A DNA stretch of 38,961 bases, taken from NCBI GenBank assembly GCA_029210665.1, contig JARGFN010000002.1, positions 1 to 38,961 on the forward strand. Reading direction: 5' to 3'. The notes under the pieces are model-generated. The model was not told where the DNA came from and searched no databases. It worked only from the letters and a program-made list of their open reading frames with translations. A program made the translations under genes and the position numbers. Source of the DNA: Desulfobulbales bacterium. Lineage in GTDB: Bacteria; Desulfobacterota; Desulfobulbia; Desulfobulbales; JAGXFP01. Below are positions 24,231-31,708 of this stretch, piece by piece (positions within the stretch are counted from its first letter, which is position 1; each line of letters starts with the position of its first letter).

Positions 24231-25379
24231 ATGGAAGCCTACATTACCGACATCGCCGCTTATCTGCCCAACCAACCGGTTTCAAACGAGGAGATGGAAA
24301 GGGTTCTCGGTTTGGTCAACGATCTGCCCTCCAGAACCAAGAAGATCATTCTGCGCAATAACGGGATCAAGCAGCGCTACTACGCGATCGATCCGGCCAC
24401 CGGCCGGACCACCCACACCAATGCCCGGCTCGCCGCCGAGGCGGTCAAAAGGCTGAACCCCTATGAGGGCTTCAAGGTTTCCGATATCGAACTGTTAAGC
24501 TGCGGTACCTCGGCCCCGGATCAGTTCATGCCGGGCCACGCCTCCATGGTCCACGGCGAGGTCGGCGGCGCCGCATGCGAAGCGGTCAGCACCGCCGGGA
24601 TCTGCCTTGCCGGAATCAGCTGCCTGAAATACGCCTGCATGAGCGTCGCCCTGGGCCTGACCGCAAACGGCGTGGCCACCGGCTCCGAGCAATCCTCGTC
24701 CTTTATGAGATCGAGGATGTGCGGCACGATCGACCCGCGACGCGTCGAACAGCTCGAAAAGCAGCCCGCCCTGGCCTTCGAGGCGGATTTTTTGCGCTGG
24801 ATGCTCTCCGACGGGGCCGGGGCCGTGTTCATCGCCCCGAAACCCGCCGCCGGCCGGCTCAATCTGAAAGTGGACTGGATTGAGATCATCTCCCATGCCG
24901 ACGAGATGGAAACCTGCATGTACGCCGGGGCGGTCAAGAACAACGACGGGACGATCACGGGCTGGCGGGAGTTCGCTTCGCTGCGGGAATCGGTCGAGGC
25001 CAATTCCCTGCTGGTCAAACAGGACGCCAAACTGCTGAACAGCGAAATAATTCCGGTGGTGGTAAGCCGCTCGCTGCCCAGATACATCGAGAAATACGGC
25101 CTCAAAGCCGAAGGGATCGACTGGTTCCTGCCCCATTACTCGTCCGACTACTTCCGCCACATCATCTACGACCACCTCAAAGAGATCGATTTCGAAATCC
25201 CCGAAGAACGCTGGTTCTCGAATCTGGCCGAAAAGGGCAACACCGGCTCCGCCTCGATCTATATCATTCTGGAAGAAATTTACCGGTCCGGAAAACTAAG
25301 GAAAGGCGATCGCCTGCTCTGCTTCATCCCCGAAAGCGGCCGCTTTTCGGTCGGCTACATGATGCTGACCGTGGTCTGA
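24231..25379 (+). CDS. 3-oxoacyl-ACP synthase III (FabH-like) family condensing enzyme
   Basis: 382 aa. The Cys region is 'STAGICLAGISC', the His region is 'FLPHYSS' and the Asn region is 'KGNTGSASIYI'. An AGGAA SD lies upstream. Confidence 0.8.
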   Translation: MEAYITDIAAYLPNQPVSNEEMERVLGLVNDLPSRTKKIILRNNGIKQRYYAIDPATGRTTHTNARLAAEAVKRLNPYEGFKVSDIELLSCGTSAPDQFMPGHASMVHGEVGGAACEAVSTAGICLAGISCLKYACMSVALGLTANGVATGSEQSSSFMRSRMCGTIDPRRVEQLEKQPALAFEADFLRWMLSDGAGAVFIAPKPAAGRLNLKVDWIEIISHADEMETCMYAGAVKNNDGTITGWREFASLRESVEANSLLVKQDAKLLNSEIIPVVVSRSLPRYIEKYGLKAEGIDWFLPHYSSDYFRHIIYDHLKEIDFEIPEERWFSNLAEKGNTGSASIYIILEEIYRSGKLRKGDRLLCFIPESGRFSVGYMMLTVV

Positions 25380-25404
25380 GCCGTTCCCGCGATCGCCCGG
25401 CGGC

Positions 25405-25512
25405 GTAAGCGATCACAGGGCGCCGAATCTGCTGTGTTATCGGCCTGCTCATGTACACCAGTACACATCGCAGGCCGATGCCTTGCATCTCCGGCACCCT
25501 GTAATCGCTTAC
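25405..25512 (-). repeat. long imperfect hairpin H2 with the same internal module as H1
   Basis: Plus-strand stems are gtaagcgat/atcgcttac, acaggg/ccctgt, gccg/cggc and atcggcctgc/gcaggccgat. Read on the minus strand, it carries 'gagatgcaaggc' and 'aacacagcagatt' at the same positions as H1. Confidence 0.65.
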
Positions 25513-25517
25513 CACAT

Positions 25518-25604
25518 GGGAGATTAGGCTAGGCCAACAATCTTGGGTGGCTTATCCCGTGACTGGTTACCTGGCGGCTTCCTCCACCACCCCGCTAATC
25601 TCCC
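25518..25604. repeat. hairpin H-B enclosing R2 repeat copy 3 (inverted relative to copies 1 and 2)
   Basis: A perfect 10-bp outer stem (gggagattag at 25518..25527 with ctaatctccc at 25595..25604) and an inner gggtgg/ccaccc pairing enclose the R2 sequence at 25517..25570. Confidence 0.6.
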
Positions 25605-25717
25605 CGGAATAGGCTCAAGCGCGAGGGGGGCTGCCGCCCTCTGAACGGAGAAATCCCACCGGGGTCTTCATCAGAACGGTACAGGGGCCGGCGGTAAGGA
25701 GACAACGCCCGGGCCCC

Positions 25718-25757
25718 AAAAAAAAGCCGGTCAACAATCTGTTAATTGTTGACCGGC
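25718..25757 (-). terminator. Rho-independent terminator of the minus-strand operon
   Basis: The minus strand reads GCCGGTCAACAAT-taacag-ATTGTTGACCGGC followed by TTTTTTTT. That is a 13-bp perfect stem, a 6-nt loop and a U8 tail, 110 nt downstream of the ACP-2 stop. Confidence 0.8.
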
Positions 25758-25866
25758 GCCTGCAGGGTCCAGAGCTTTAAAGGGGGGGGGAAGACATCCG
25801 GGTTCCCTACACGAAATAGAGTTTATCATAAAACCCCGAAAAGATGTCAATATTTTTTTTATGACT

Positions 25867-26148
25867 TTATTTATTTTTTTCCGCGTTTGCCCTGACAAAA
25901 TCGGCCAGGCTTTCAAGACTGGCCAGAACCTTGCGGCTGGTCTCCTCCGAATCTATCCTGACCCGATAGCGATTCTGGACGGTGAAGACGATTTCCACCG
26001 CGTCGAGGGAATCGATATCGAGGGGCGACTCGGGGCCGATCAAGGGCGCCGCCGGGGAGATATTCTCCGGAACGACATCTTTGATCTTGCAGACCTCGCA
26101 GATCATCTTCAGCAATTCTTTCTCCAGTTCATCCATCGGAAACTCCAT
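25867..26148 (-). CDS. acyl carrier protein, ACP-2
   Basis: 89-93 aa with 'PLDIDSLDAVEIVFTVQ' (DSL phosphopantetheine site). The alternative ATG at 26136 has a GGAG SD 7 nt upstream. Confidence 0.85.
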   Translation of the reverse strand: MEFPMDELEKELLKMICEVCKIKDVVPENISPAAPLIGPESPLDIDSLDAVEIVFTVQNRYRVRIDSEETSRKVLASLESLADFVRANAEKNK

Positions 26149-26162
26149 TCAATTATAAATAC

Positions 26163-27482
26163 TCAAGGTGCGCGCCTGGTAAAAACCAGCCAGGCCCCCA
26201 GGACGGTCAGCAAGGCAAAGGAGAGGAGCAGAACCACTTCTCCGGTTGCGGCGGCCAGGCCGCCCCCCCTGACAAAGATATCCAGAAACGCCTCCAGCCC
26301 CCAGCCCAGGGGGGAAATAACACTTATTTTCTGCATGATTTCCGGCATGGCGTAAACCGGTACCATGACTCCACCGATGGCCGAAGCGGCCACCACCGAA
26401 ATCGAACCGAACATGGAAGCCTGTTCGTAGGTGCGGCAGATGGTTCCCAGCAATATTCCGTAGCCGGCGGCCGCCAGGGAGGCCGCGGCCACCACCGGCA
26501 AGGCCCCGCCCCATTGCGGCCCCAGCCGAAAGGGCTCGATCCCCAGAGCCGGCAACAGGAACCGGCCGAGCAGATAAATCAGGCCAAACTGGGCGAAACA
26601 GACCAGGACAAAAGACATCACCTTGCCGGCCAGCACTGCCGAATAGGCCACCGGCATGCTGCGCAGGCGGGTCAGGGTTTCTTCCTGCCGTTCCCTGATC
26701 AGGGAACCGGCCATCGGCACCACAATAAAAAACATCCCGAAAAGGGCCCAGGCCGGCACGTTATGCTGGGTCGGAGTCGGCACCGCCGCCAGTGCGCCGC
26801 CGATCGAAGCCGAGCCTGAGCGAACCGTCAGCAGCGGCTCGGCAGGTATCTCGATCGCGAAAGCCGGAACCTCGACATATTCGGCAAAATCACCGGCCGA
26901 TTTCTTCAGTTCTTCTTCAATATACTCCGGCAACAACCTCGAAAGCGCCGCCATTTTGGCTTCGATCTCGAACTCCATCAGCACCAGGGCCAGTCCATTT
27001 CGCAGCGATGACCTGAAGCCCCCCATCACGGTGGGATCAAAAAGGATCTCCAGCTCCGGCACCGGCGCAGCCCCGGCGCCGTCACCGTCACCGTCCCCCA
27101 GCAGGGAATTCCTGACTTCGGCCAGAACCCCGGCCCGGAGCCGCCGGGTGGTCTCCTCCCGGATGACGATAGCTGCCTGGTAATCTCCGGACGCCGCCAA
27201 TTCCCGCCCCCGCTCCTCGGTAACCTCGGCACCGTCGATAGCGGTAACCAGTTCCATCCCGGACAGGCGCTTGCTGAGCAAGCTCCCCAGCTCATCCCGG
27301 TCCAGGTCGACCAGGATAATCCGGGCCGAGGTCTCGCCCATCAACTTGTAGACATTATCCTGGACCAGGGTAATGATCACCACCAGCACGGCGGGCATCA
27401 CGAAGAGCAGCAACAGTCCGGCCCGGTCCCGCCAGAGCAGGAGAATATCCTTGATCAGGGTTGCGATAAGTTTGCGGATCAT
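26163..27482 (-). CDS. ABC-2-type transporter permease with large N-terminal extracytoplasmic loop
   Basis: 439 aa. One N-terminal TM helix is followed by a ~190-aa soluble loop (including a GDGDGDGAGA linker) and then about 5 C-terminal TM helices. It lies 6 nt downstream of the ATPase gene. Confidence 0.8.
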   Translation of the reverse strand: MIRKLIATLIKDILLLWRDRAGLLLLFVMPAVLVVIITLVQDNVYKLMGETSARIILVDLDRDELGSLLSKRLSGMELVTAIDGAEVTEERGRELAASGDYQAAIVIREETTRRLRAGVLAEVRNSLLGDGDGDGAGAAPVPELEILFDPTVMGGFRSSLRNGLALVLMEFEIEAKMAALSRLLPEYIEEELKKSAGDFAEYVEVPAFAIEIPAEPLLTVRSGSASIGGALAAVPTPTQHNVPAWALFGMFFIVVPMAGSLIRERQEETLTRLRSMPVAYSAVLAGKVMSFVLVCFAQFGLIYLLGRFLLPALGIEPFRLGPQWGGALPVVAAASLAAAGYGILLGTICRTYEQASMFGSISVVAASAIGGVMVPVYAMPEIMQKISVISPLGWGLEAFLDIFVRGGGLAAATGEVVLLLSFALLTVLGAWLVFTRRAP

Positions 27483-27488
27483 GTCGCG

Positions 27489-28253
27489 CTAGTCCCGCAG
27501 CTTGCGGCCGGTCAGGGAAAAAAACAGGTCCCGCAGGGTGGCATGGCCGCCGCTTTTGATAAGTTCCGCCGGATTGCCCTGGACCAGGACCCGGCCGCCG
27601 TCCATGACCGCCACCTCCGAGCAGAGCCGTTCCGCCTCTTCCATGTAATGGGTGGTGTAGACCATGGTCGTCCCCTGTTTATTGAGGGCGAGCAGCCGGG
27701 CAAGGATCATGTCGCGGGACTGGGCGTCGATCCCGACCGTCGGCTCGTCGAGGAAGAGCAGCTTCGGCCGGTGCAGGATGCCGACCGCCAGATTGACCCG
27801 CCGCTTCATGCCGCCCGAATAGCTGTCCACCCGTTGCGCGGCCTTCGGCAGCAGGCCGACAAAATCGAGACACTCCTCGACCCGCTCGGTCAAGGCCCGG
27901 CCGTGCAAGCCATAAAGCCTGCCGAAATAATTAAGGTTCTCGCGGCCGGTAAGCTGCCGATACAGGGCGATTTCCTGGGGAACCAGGCCGATCAGCTCTT
28001 TGACTTCTCCGGCCCGATGCCCGGTATCGCGGTTGAAGATCGTCACCGTCCCTTGACTGGGCCTGAGCAGGGTGCTCATAATCGAGATCGCCGTGGTCTT
28101 CCCCGCCCCGTTCGGTCCCAGCAGACCGAAAATATCGCCCTCGCCGATTTCGACACTGAATCCGTCCAGGGCCGGCCTCTCGCCGCCCCGGTAGATTTTG
28201 ATCAGTCCCGAAGCCTGGATGGCCAGGGGGCGGGCGTGATTATTCCCCGTCAC
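27489..28253 (-). CDS. ABC transporter ATP-binding protein (ABC-2/DrrA-like)
   Basis: Walker A is 'GLLGPNGAGKTT', the signature is 'YSGGMKRR' and Walker B is 'LLFLDEPTVGID'. The start is uncertain. I place it at the in-frame GTG at 28253, overlapping the rSAM stop by 14 nt, because the ATG at 28352 lies deep inside the upstream gene. Confidence 0.8.
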   Translation of the reverse strand: MTGNNHARPLAIQASGLIKIYRGGERPALDGFSVEIGEGDIFGLLGPNGAGKTTAISIMSTLLRPSQGTVTIFNRDTGHRAGEVKELIGLVPQEIALYRQLTGRENLNYFGRLYGLHGRALTERVEECLDFVGLLPKAAQRVDSYSGGMKRRVNLAVGILHRPKLLFLDEPTVGIDAQSRDMILARLLALNKQGTTMVYTTHYMEEAERLCSEVAVMDGGRVLVQGNPAELIKSGGHATLRDLFFSLTGRKLRD

Positions 28254-29709
28254 TTCCAAGCCTCTTGTTGCTCCTGGCGAATTTGATGAAATCGAAAAAG
28301 TTGTCAATAAAGCGCCGCCAGCTGTCCGGCGACTTCCACAGCATGGCAACATAACCGAGGATAACCTTGGGCCGCTGGTAGTGGCTCTTGTAGTAAAGGA
28401 TGAAAAGCTCCTCCAAACGCTCCCGGCTCATGCCGTGGGGGATAAAACGAAAGCTCATGCAGTCCATCTTTTCCCAGTCCTCCTCGAACTCGCCGAGTTC
28501 ATGGATATTCCGGTAGATCGGCGAGCCGGGAAAGGGGGTGAACTTGGCCAGGTTGAAATCGTCGATCGGCAGGGAGAACACATAATCCATGCTCTTCCGG
28601 ATACTGCTCTCGGTTTCGCCGGGCAACCCCATCATCAACAGCCCCTTGACCCTGACCCCGGCCTTCTTGATCAGGCGGATCTTCTCGGCCAGCATGTTAA
28701 GATCGGCATTCTGGCGGTGCCGGGCGAGAAGATCGGGATCGCCGGTCTCGATGCCGAGACTGATCATCCAGCAGCCCGCCTTTTTCATCAACTTCAAGAG
28801 CTCGAAATCGATATGCTCGGCCCGGACCGCGCAGTTAAAAGTCATGCCCAGGGGCTGTTCGATCATCATCGTGGTGAAGTCGACCACCCTTTCGCGGTTA
28901 AAGGTGAACTGGTCGTCGTAGAAATTTATATGACGGATGCCGAACTTCTCTTTCAGATAACGCAGATGGCCGTAGAGGTACTCGGCGGAATTGTAGCGGA
29001 AATTGCGCCGGAACACCGAGCGGTCGCAATAGCTACACGCATAGGGGCAGCCCCGGCTGGAGATGCAGGAGGTGTTGGGCGCCTTCGGATAATTGAAGAT
29101 CGGCAGCATATAGGCGTCCGGGTAGCCCGCCAGTTTCTCGTAGGCCGGGAAAGGCAGGGAATCAAGTTCGAGGCGGGTCCGGCGATAGCCGTTATAGACC
29201 ACCGCGCCGCCGTGGTCCCTAAAGATCACTCCCTCGATCCCCGCCGGTTCAGAGTTGCCGGCCCGGAGCAGTTCGGTCAGGGTCTCCTCCCCCTCGCCGA
29301 CCACGACGAAATCGACCACGGGGAAGTCTTCCAGGACCTTCTCCTGCATGGCGGAAACATGGACCCCGCCGAAAACGACCCTCACCCCGGCCAGTTCAGC
29401 CTTGACCAGCTCGGCGATCCTGACCCCGTCGTGAAAACTCGAGGTGGTGCAGCTGAAGCCGGTGAAGGCGGGGCGCTTCTCCCTTATATAGTCGAGAATC
29501 AGCGCGTCGGAATCGGGATGGGCGTAGCAGTCGATAATATCGGCGAAAAAGCCCTCCCGCTCCAGATAGGCGGCGATCCCGGCCAGCCCCAGGGGCGGCA
29601 TGATGTTCGCCATCCGGGAGATATCATGGCCGGCCGCCTCTTTCCGGTAGCCCAAGGGATGGATCAGGAGAATCCTTTTTTGGTCCAGCGCCCTAATCTT
29701 TTCAATCAT
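28240..29709 (-). CDS. B12-binding-domain radical SAM enzyme, rSAM-B2
   Basis: 489 aa. The N-terminal B12-type fold is 'KRILLIHPLG...VVFGGVHVS' and the CX3CX2C motif is 'SRGCPYACSYCD'. Its ATG abuts the KS-3 TAG stop. Confidence 0.85.
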   Translation of the reverse strand: MIEKIRALDQKRILLIHPLGYRKEAAGHDISRMANIMPPLGLAGIAAYLEREGFFADIIDCYAHPDSDALILDYIREKRPAFTGFSCTTSSFHDGVRIAELVKAELAGVRVVFGGVHVSAMQEKVLEDFPVVDFVVVGEGEETLTELLRAGNSEPAGIEGVIFRDHGGAVVYNGYRRTRLELDSLPFPAYEKLAGYPDAYMLPIFNYPKAPNTSCISSRGCPYACSYCDRSVFRRNFRYNSAEYLYGHLRYLKEKFGIRHINFYDDQFTFNRERVVDFTTMMIEQPLGMTFNCAVRAEHIDFELLKLMKKAGCWMISLGIETGDPDLLARHRQNADLNMLAEKIRLIKKAGVRVKGLLMMGLPGETESSIRKSMDYVFSLPIDDFNLAKFTPFPGSPIYRNIHELGEFEEDWEKMDCMSFRFIPHGMSRERLEELFILYYKSHYQRPKVILGYVAMLWKSPDSWRRFIDNFFDFIKFARSNKRLGSDGE

Positions 29710-30816
29710 CTATTTATTCTCCGGACTTTGTAAAAGTATCGCCGCGTTGATGCCGCCAAAGCCGGAATTACAGCTGATAATCGAGGGATGAATCAGCTCG
29801 AAAGGCCGATCCCCGGCGGGATTAACCAGTTCCGGATCCGGCTCGGCCAGTCCCACCGTCGGCGGAATCCGTCCCTCGCCAAGGCTCTTGACCGCGAGGG
29901 CCGCCTCGATGACCCCGGCCGCCCCAAGACAATGGCCGATCGCCCCCTTGACCGAATGGATCGGGACTTCGGCGGCCAAGCGTTGCCGGAAGGCCTCGAT
30001 CTCCATGGCATCGTTAAACCTGGTGCCGGTGCCGTGGGCGTTGACCGCCCCGACCGGATGACGGCCATTGCCGGTGCAAATATCCAGGGCCCGAAGCAGA
30101 CCGCTCGCCTCCCGGCACGGCGCGGTAATATGACCGGCATCCCCGGACACGCCCCAGCCCTTGAGCACGGCAAGCACCAGCCGATTCCAGTGCTCGGCCT
30201 CTGCTCTGGTGGTAACCAACAAGGCGCAGGCCCCTTCGCCAAGCGCCAGCCCTTCACGGTTGGAATCAAAGGGCCGGCAACGCTCCTTGGCCAGGGCGTG
30301 GAGCCTGGCAAAACCGCTCACCACGAAAGTACTGAGCAAATCTATTCCCAGAACCAGAAACGAGCCCGGCGCATTCCGGGTCCGAAGGCGCTGGGCCGCG
30401 TCGATTATGGCCAGGGTTCCGGAAGCGCAGGCCGCGCTGACCGTCGAGACCGGCCCGCGCAAACCGAGTTCGGCGGCAACGGTCCGCCCTAAATCCCAAG
30501 GCTGGCCGGGCCAGGGACCGGAACCGTCGCATAGCAGCTCATCGGGGGCACCCTTGGTGGTCGAGACCACCAGCCCGGCGTCGTCCGGGATTTCCGGCAA
30601 CATTTCAAGAAGTTTGGCAATCAGCTCTCGCAGGCGGCGGTCGGAGCCGATCGGCGCCTCAAGACCGGCAACTCCGGCAACCGGCCATTTCGCGAGGGGG
30701 CCGCTTAATCCTCCCGGGGAAACAGCGGAACGGCCAGCCATGAGGCCCTGCCAGGTCTGCTCGATGTCGCCAAGTCCGGTCAGACCGGCCGCGGCAGTAA
30801 TCACCACCTCATTCAT
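29710..30816 (-). CDS. beta-ketoacyl synthase, short form, KS-3
   Basis: 368 aa carrying 'VSAACASGTLAI', 'NAHGTGTRFND', 'KGAIGHCLGAAG' and 'GFGGINAAILL'. It has an ATGA overlap with the thioesterase gene. Confidence 0.85.
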   Translation of the reverse strand: MNEVVITAAAGLTGLGDIEQTWQGLMAGRSAVSPGGLSGPLAKWPVAGVAGLEAPIGSDRRLRELIAKLLEMLPEIPDDAGLVVSTTKGAPDELLCDGSGPWPGQPWDLGRTVAAELGLRGPVSTVSAACASGTLAIIDAAQRLRTRNAPGSFLVLGIDLLSTFVVSGFARLHALAKERCRPFDSNREGLALGEGACALLVTTRAEAEHWNRLVLAVLKGWGVSGDAGHITAPCREASGLLRALDICTGNGRHPVGAVNAHGTGTRFNDAMEIEAFRQRLAAEVPIHSVKGAIGHCLGAAGVIEAALAVKSLGEGRIPPTVGLAEPDPELVNPAGDRPFELIHPSIISCNSGFGGINAAILLQSPENK

Positions 30817-31283
30817 GCCAACTTTCCATCTTGCCAGTGCCGCCGGAATTCCCCGATCCAGGCCGGCGGAATCAACAGCAACGAACCCTTCAAATCGGTA
30901 AAAAGCTGGACCGTATATGCCTTTAGCGCCGTAGTACCGTCAGCCCGGGCGATCATGTAGGAATAATTCAACCGCAGGGCATTGGTCCAGTGCAGGGTGG
31001 TTTCGATTCGCATCACCTCATCGAAAAAAAGCGGCGCCTGATAATCAATATGCAGCTGGACAACCGGGGCCGCCACCCCCTCCTCCCGCAGCCGGCCATA
31101 ACTTACCGCCGGATATCGATCGCCGAACGCCACCCGGCCGTCATCGAGGAAACTCACATAATGGCCGTGCCAGACAATCCCCAGCATATCGACCTCCTCG
31201 AAGCGCACCCGGCGCTCGGTTTGGACGGAGAGCCCCGGGGGATCTTCCGGATCGGCGGCAAAATAGGTTTTGGCAAAAGCCAT
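30813..31283 (-). CDS. 4HBT/YbgC-like hot-dog acyl thioesterase
   Basis: 156 aa with 'RVRFEEVDMLGIVWHGHYVSFL', typical of YbgC/FadM-type thioesterases. A GGAG SD is present. Confidence 0.75.
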   Translation of the reverse strand: MAFAKTYFAADPEDPPGLSVQTERRVRFEEVDMLGIVWHGHYVSFLDDGRVAFGDRYPAVSYGRLREEGVAAPVVQLHIDYQAPLFFDEVMRIETTLHWTNALRLNYSYMIARADGTTALKAYTVQLFTDLKGSLLLIPPAWIGEFRRHWQDGKLA

Positions 31284-31290
31284 GCTCCGT

Positions 31291-31677
31291 TCAGCCCCTT
31301 ACTCTGAAAATAATTGTGCCGGCGGCAACCACCGCTTTCTGTTTTTTCAGCTTGAAAACCGCCTGCCACTCCTCAGCGACCTTTTCAAGCTCGACCCGGA
31401 TATTGATTCTTTCGTCGGGCATGATCATCCCCTTGAACTTCAGTCTGCCGGTTCGGACAATTTCCAGATCGGTTTCGAGAAGATCGGCGGCGATCAACCT
31501 CACGAAAACCAACTGGATCACGGCGGGCAGCACCGGCTGACCGGGGAAATGGCCGGAGAAGGGGGGGAAATCGGCCGGGCAGCAAAATTCGGCGGAAGCG
31601 GTCCGGCGATCCCGATCAAACCGCCGGGTTTCGACAACCTTTCTGAATAGGTCTAAGGAATTATCGCTGCATTTCAT
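31291..31677 (-). CDS. FabA/FabZ-like hot-dog dehydratase, DH-1 (His present)
   Basis: 128 aa with 'FSGHFPGQPVLPAV', matching the FabZ 'GHFPxxPxxPG' catalytic-His motif. Confidence 0.75.
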   Translation of the reverse strand: MKCSDNSLDLFRKVVETRRFDRDRRTASAEFCCPADFPPFSGHFPGQPVLPAVIQLVFVRLIAADLLETDLEIVRTGRLKFKGMIMPDERINIRVELEKVAEEWQAVFKLKKQKAVVAAGTIIFRVRG

Positions 31678-31708
31678 ATCATATACTTGTTGAATATCTT
31701 TTCATCTA

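Noticed and set aside
15039-25512. A composite-transposon interpretation, in which the plus operon is bracketed by inverted H1/H2-bearing elements.
   Set aside because: Only the internal hairpin module is shared. The MITE TIRs are not found around H2, no transposase gene is present, and no matching target duplications flank the 10-kb segment. The arrangement is noted inside the findings but is not claimed as a mobile unit.
25560-25720. A cobalamin riboswitch (or other riboswitch) associated with the B12-dependent radical SAM genes.
   Set aside because: I could not find a B12-box-like core or the expected multi-stem architecture here or upstream of either operon. The region also lies 3' of both operons, not in a leader.
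25782-25790. A G9 homopolymer (and the G8 run at 14186..14193 inside efp), considered as phase-variation switches.
   Set aside because: The G9 tract lies in a 3' untranslated region, where slippage cannot switch a reading frame. The efp run simply encodes Pro-Pro in an essential gene. There is no evidence of variable length from a single sequence.
25324-25916. Small minus-strand ORFs (25324..25515 and 25731..25916), considered as possible precursor peptides for the SPASM radical SAM enzyme.
   Set aside because: One overlaps the KAS III 3' end and hairpin H2. The other spans the terminator hairpin and the ACP-2 3' end. Neither has an SD, a leader/core-like organisation or a Cys/Ser/Thr-rich core. 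No RiPP-type precursor can be supported.
27079-27097. The short tandem 'gtcaccgtcaccgtc' repeat.
   Set aside because: It encodes a Gly-Asp linker (GDGDGDG) in the extracytoplasmic loop of the ABC-2 permease. This is low-complexity coding sequence, not a regulatory or CRISPR-like repeat.
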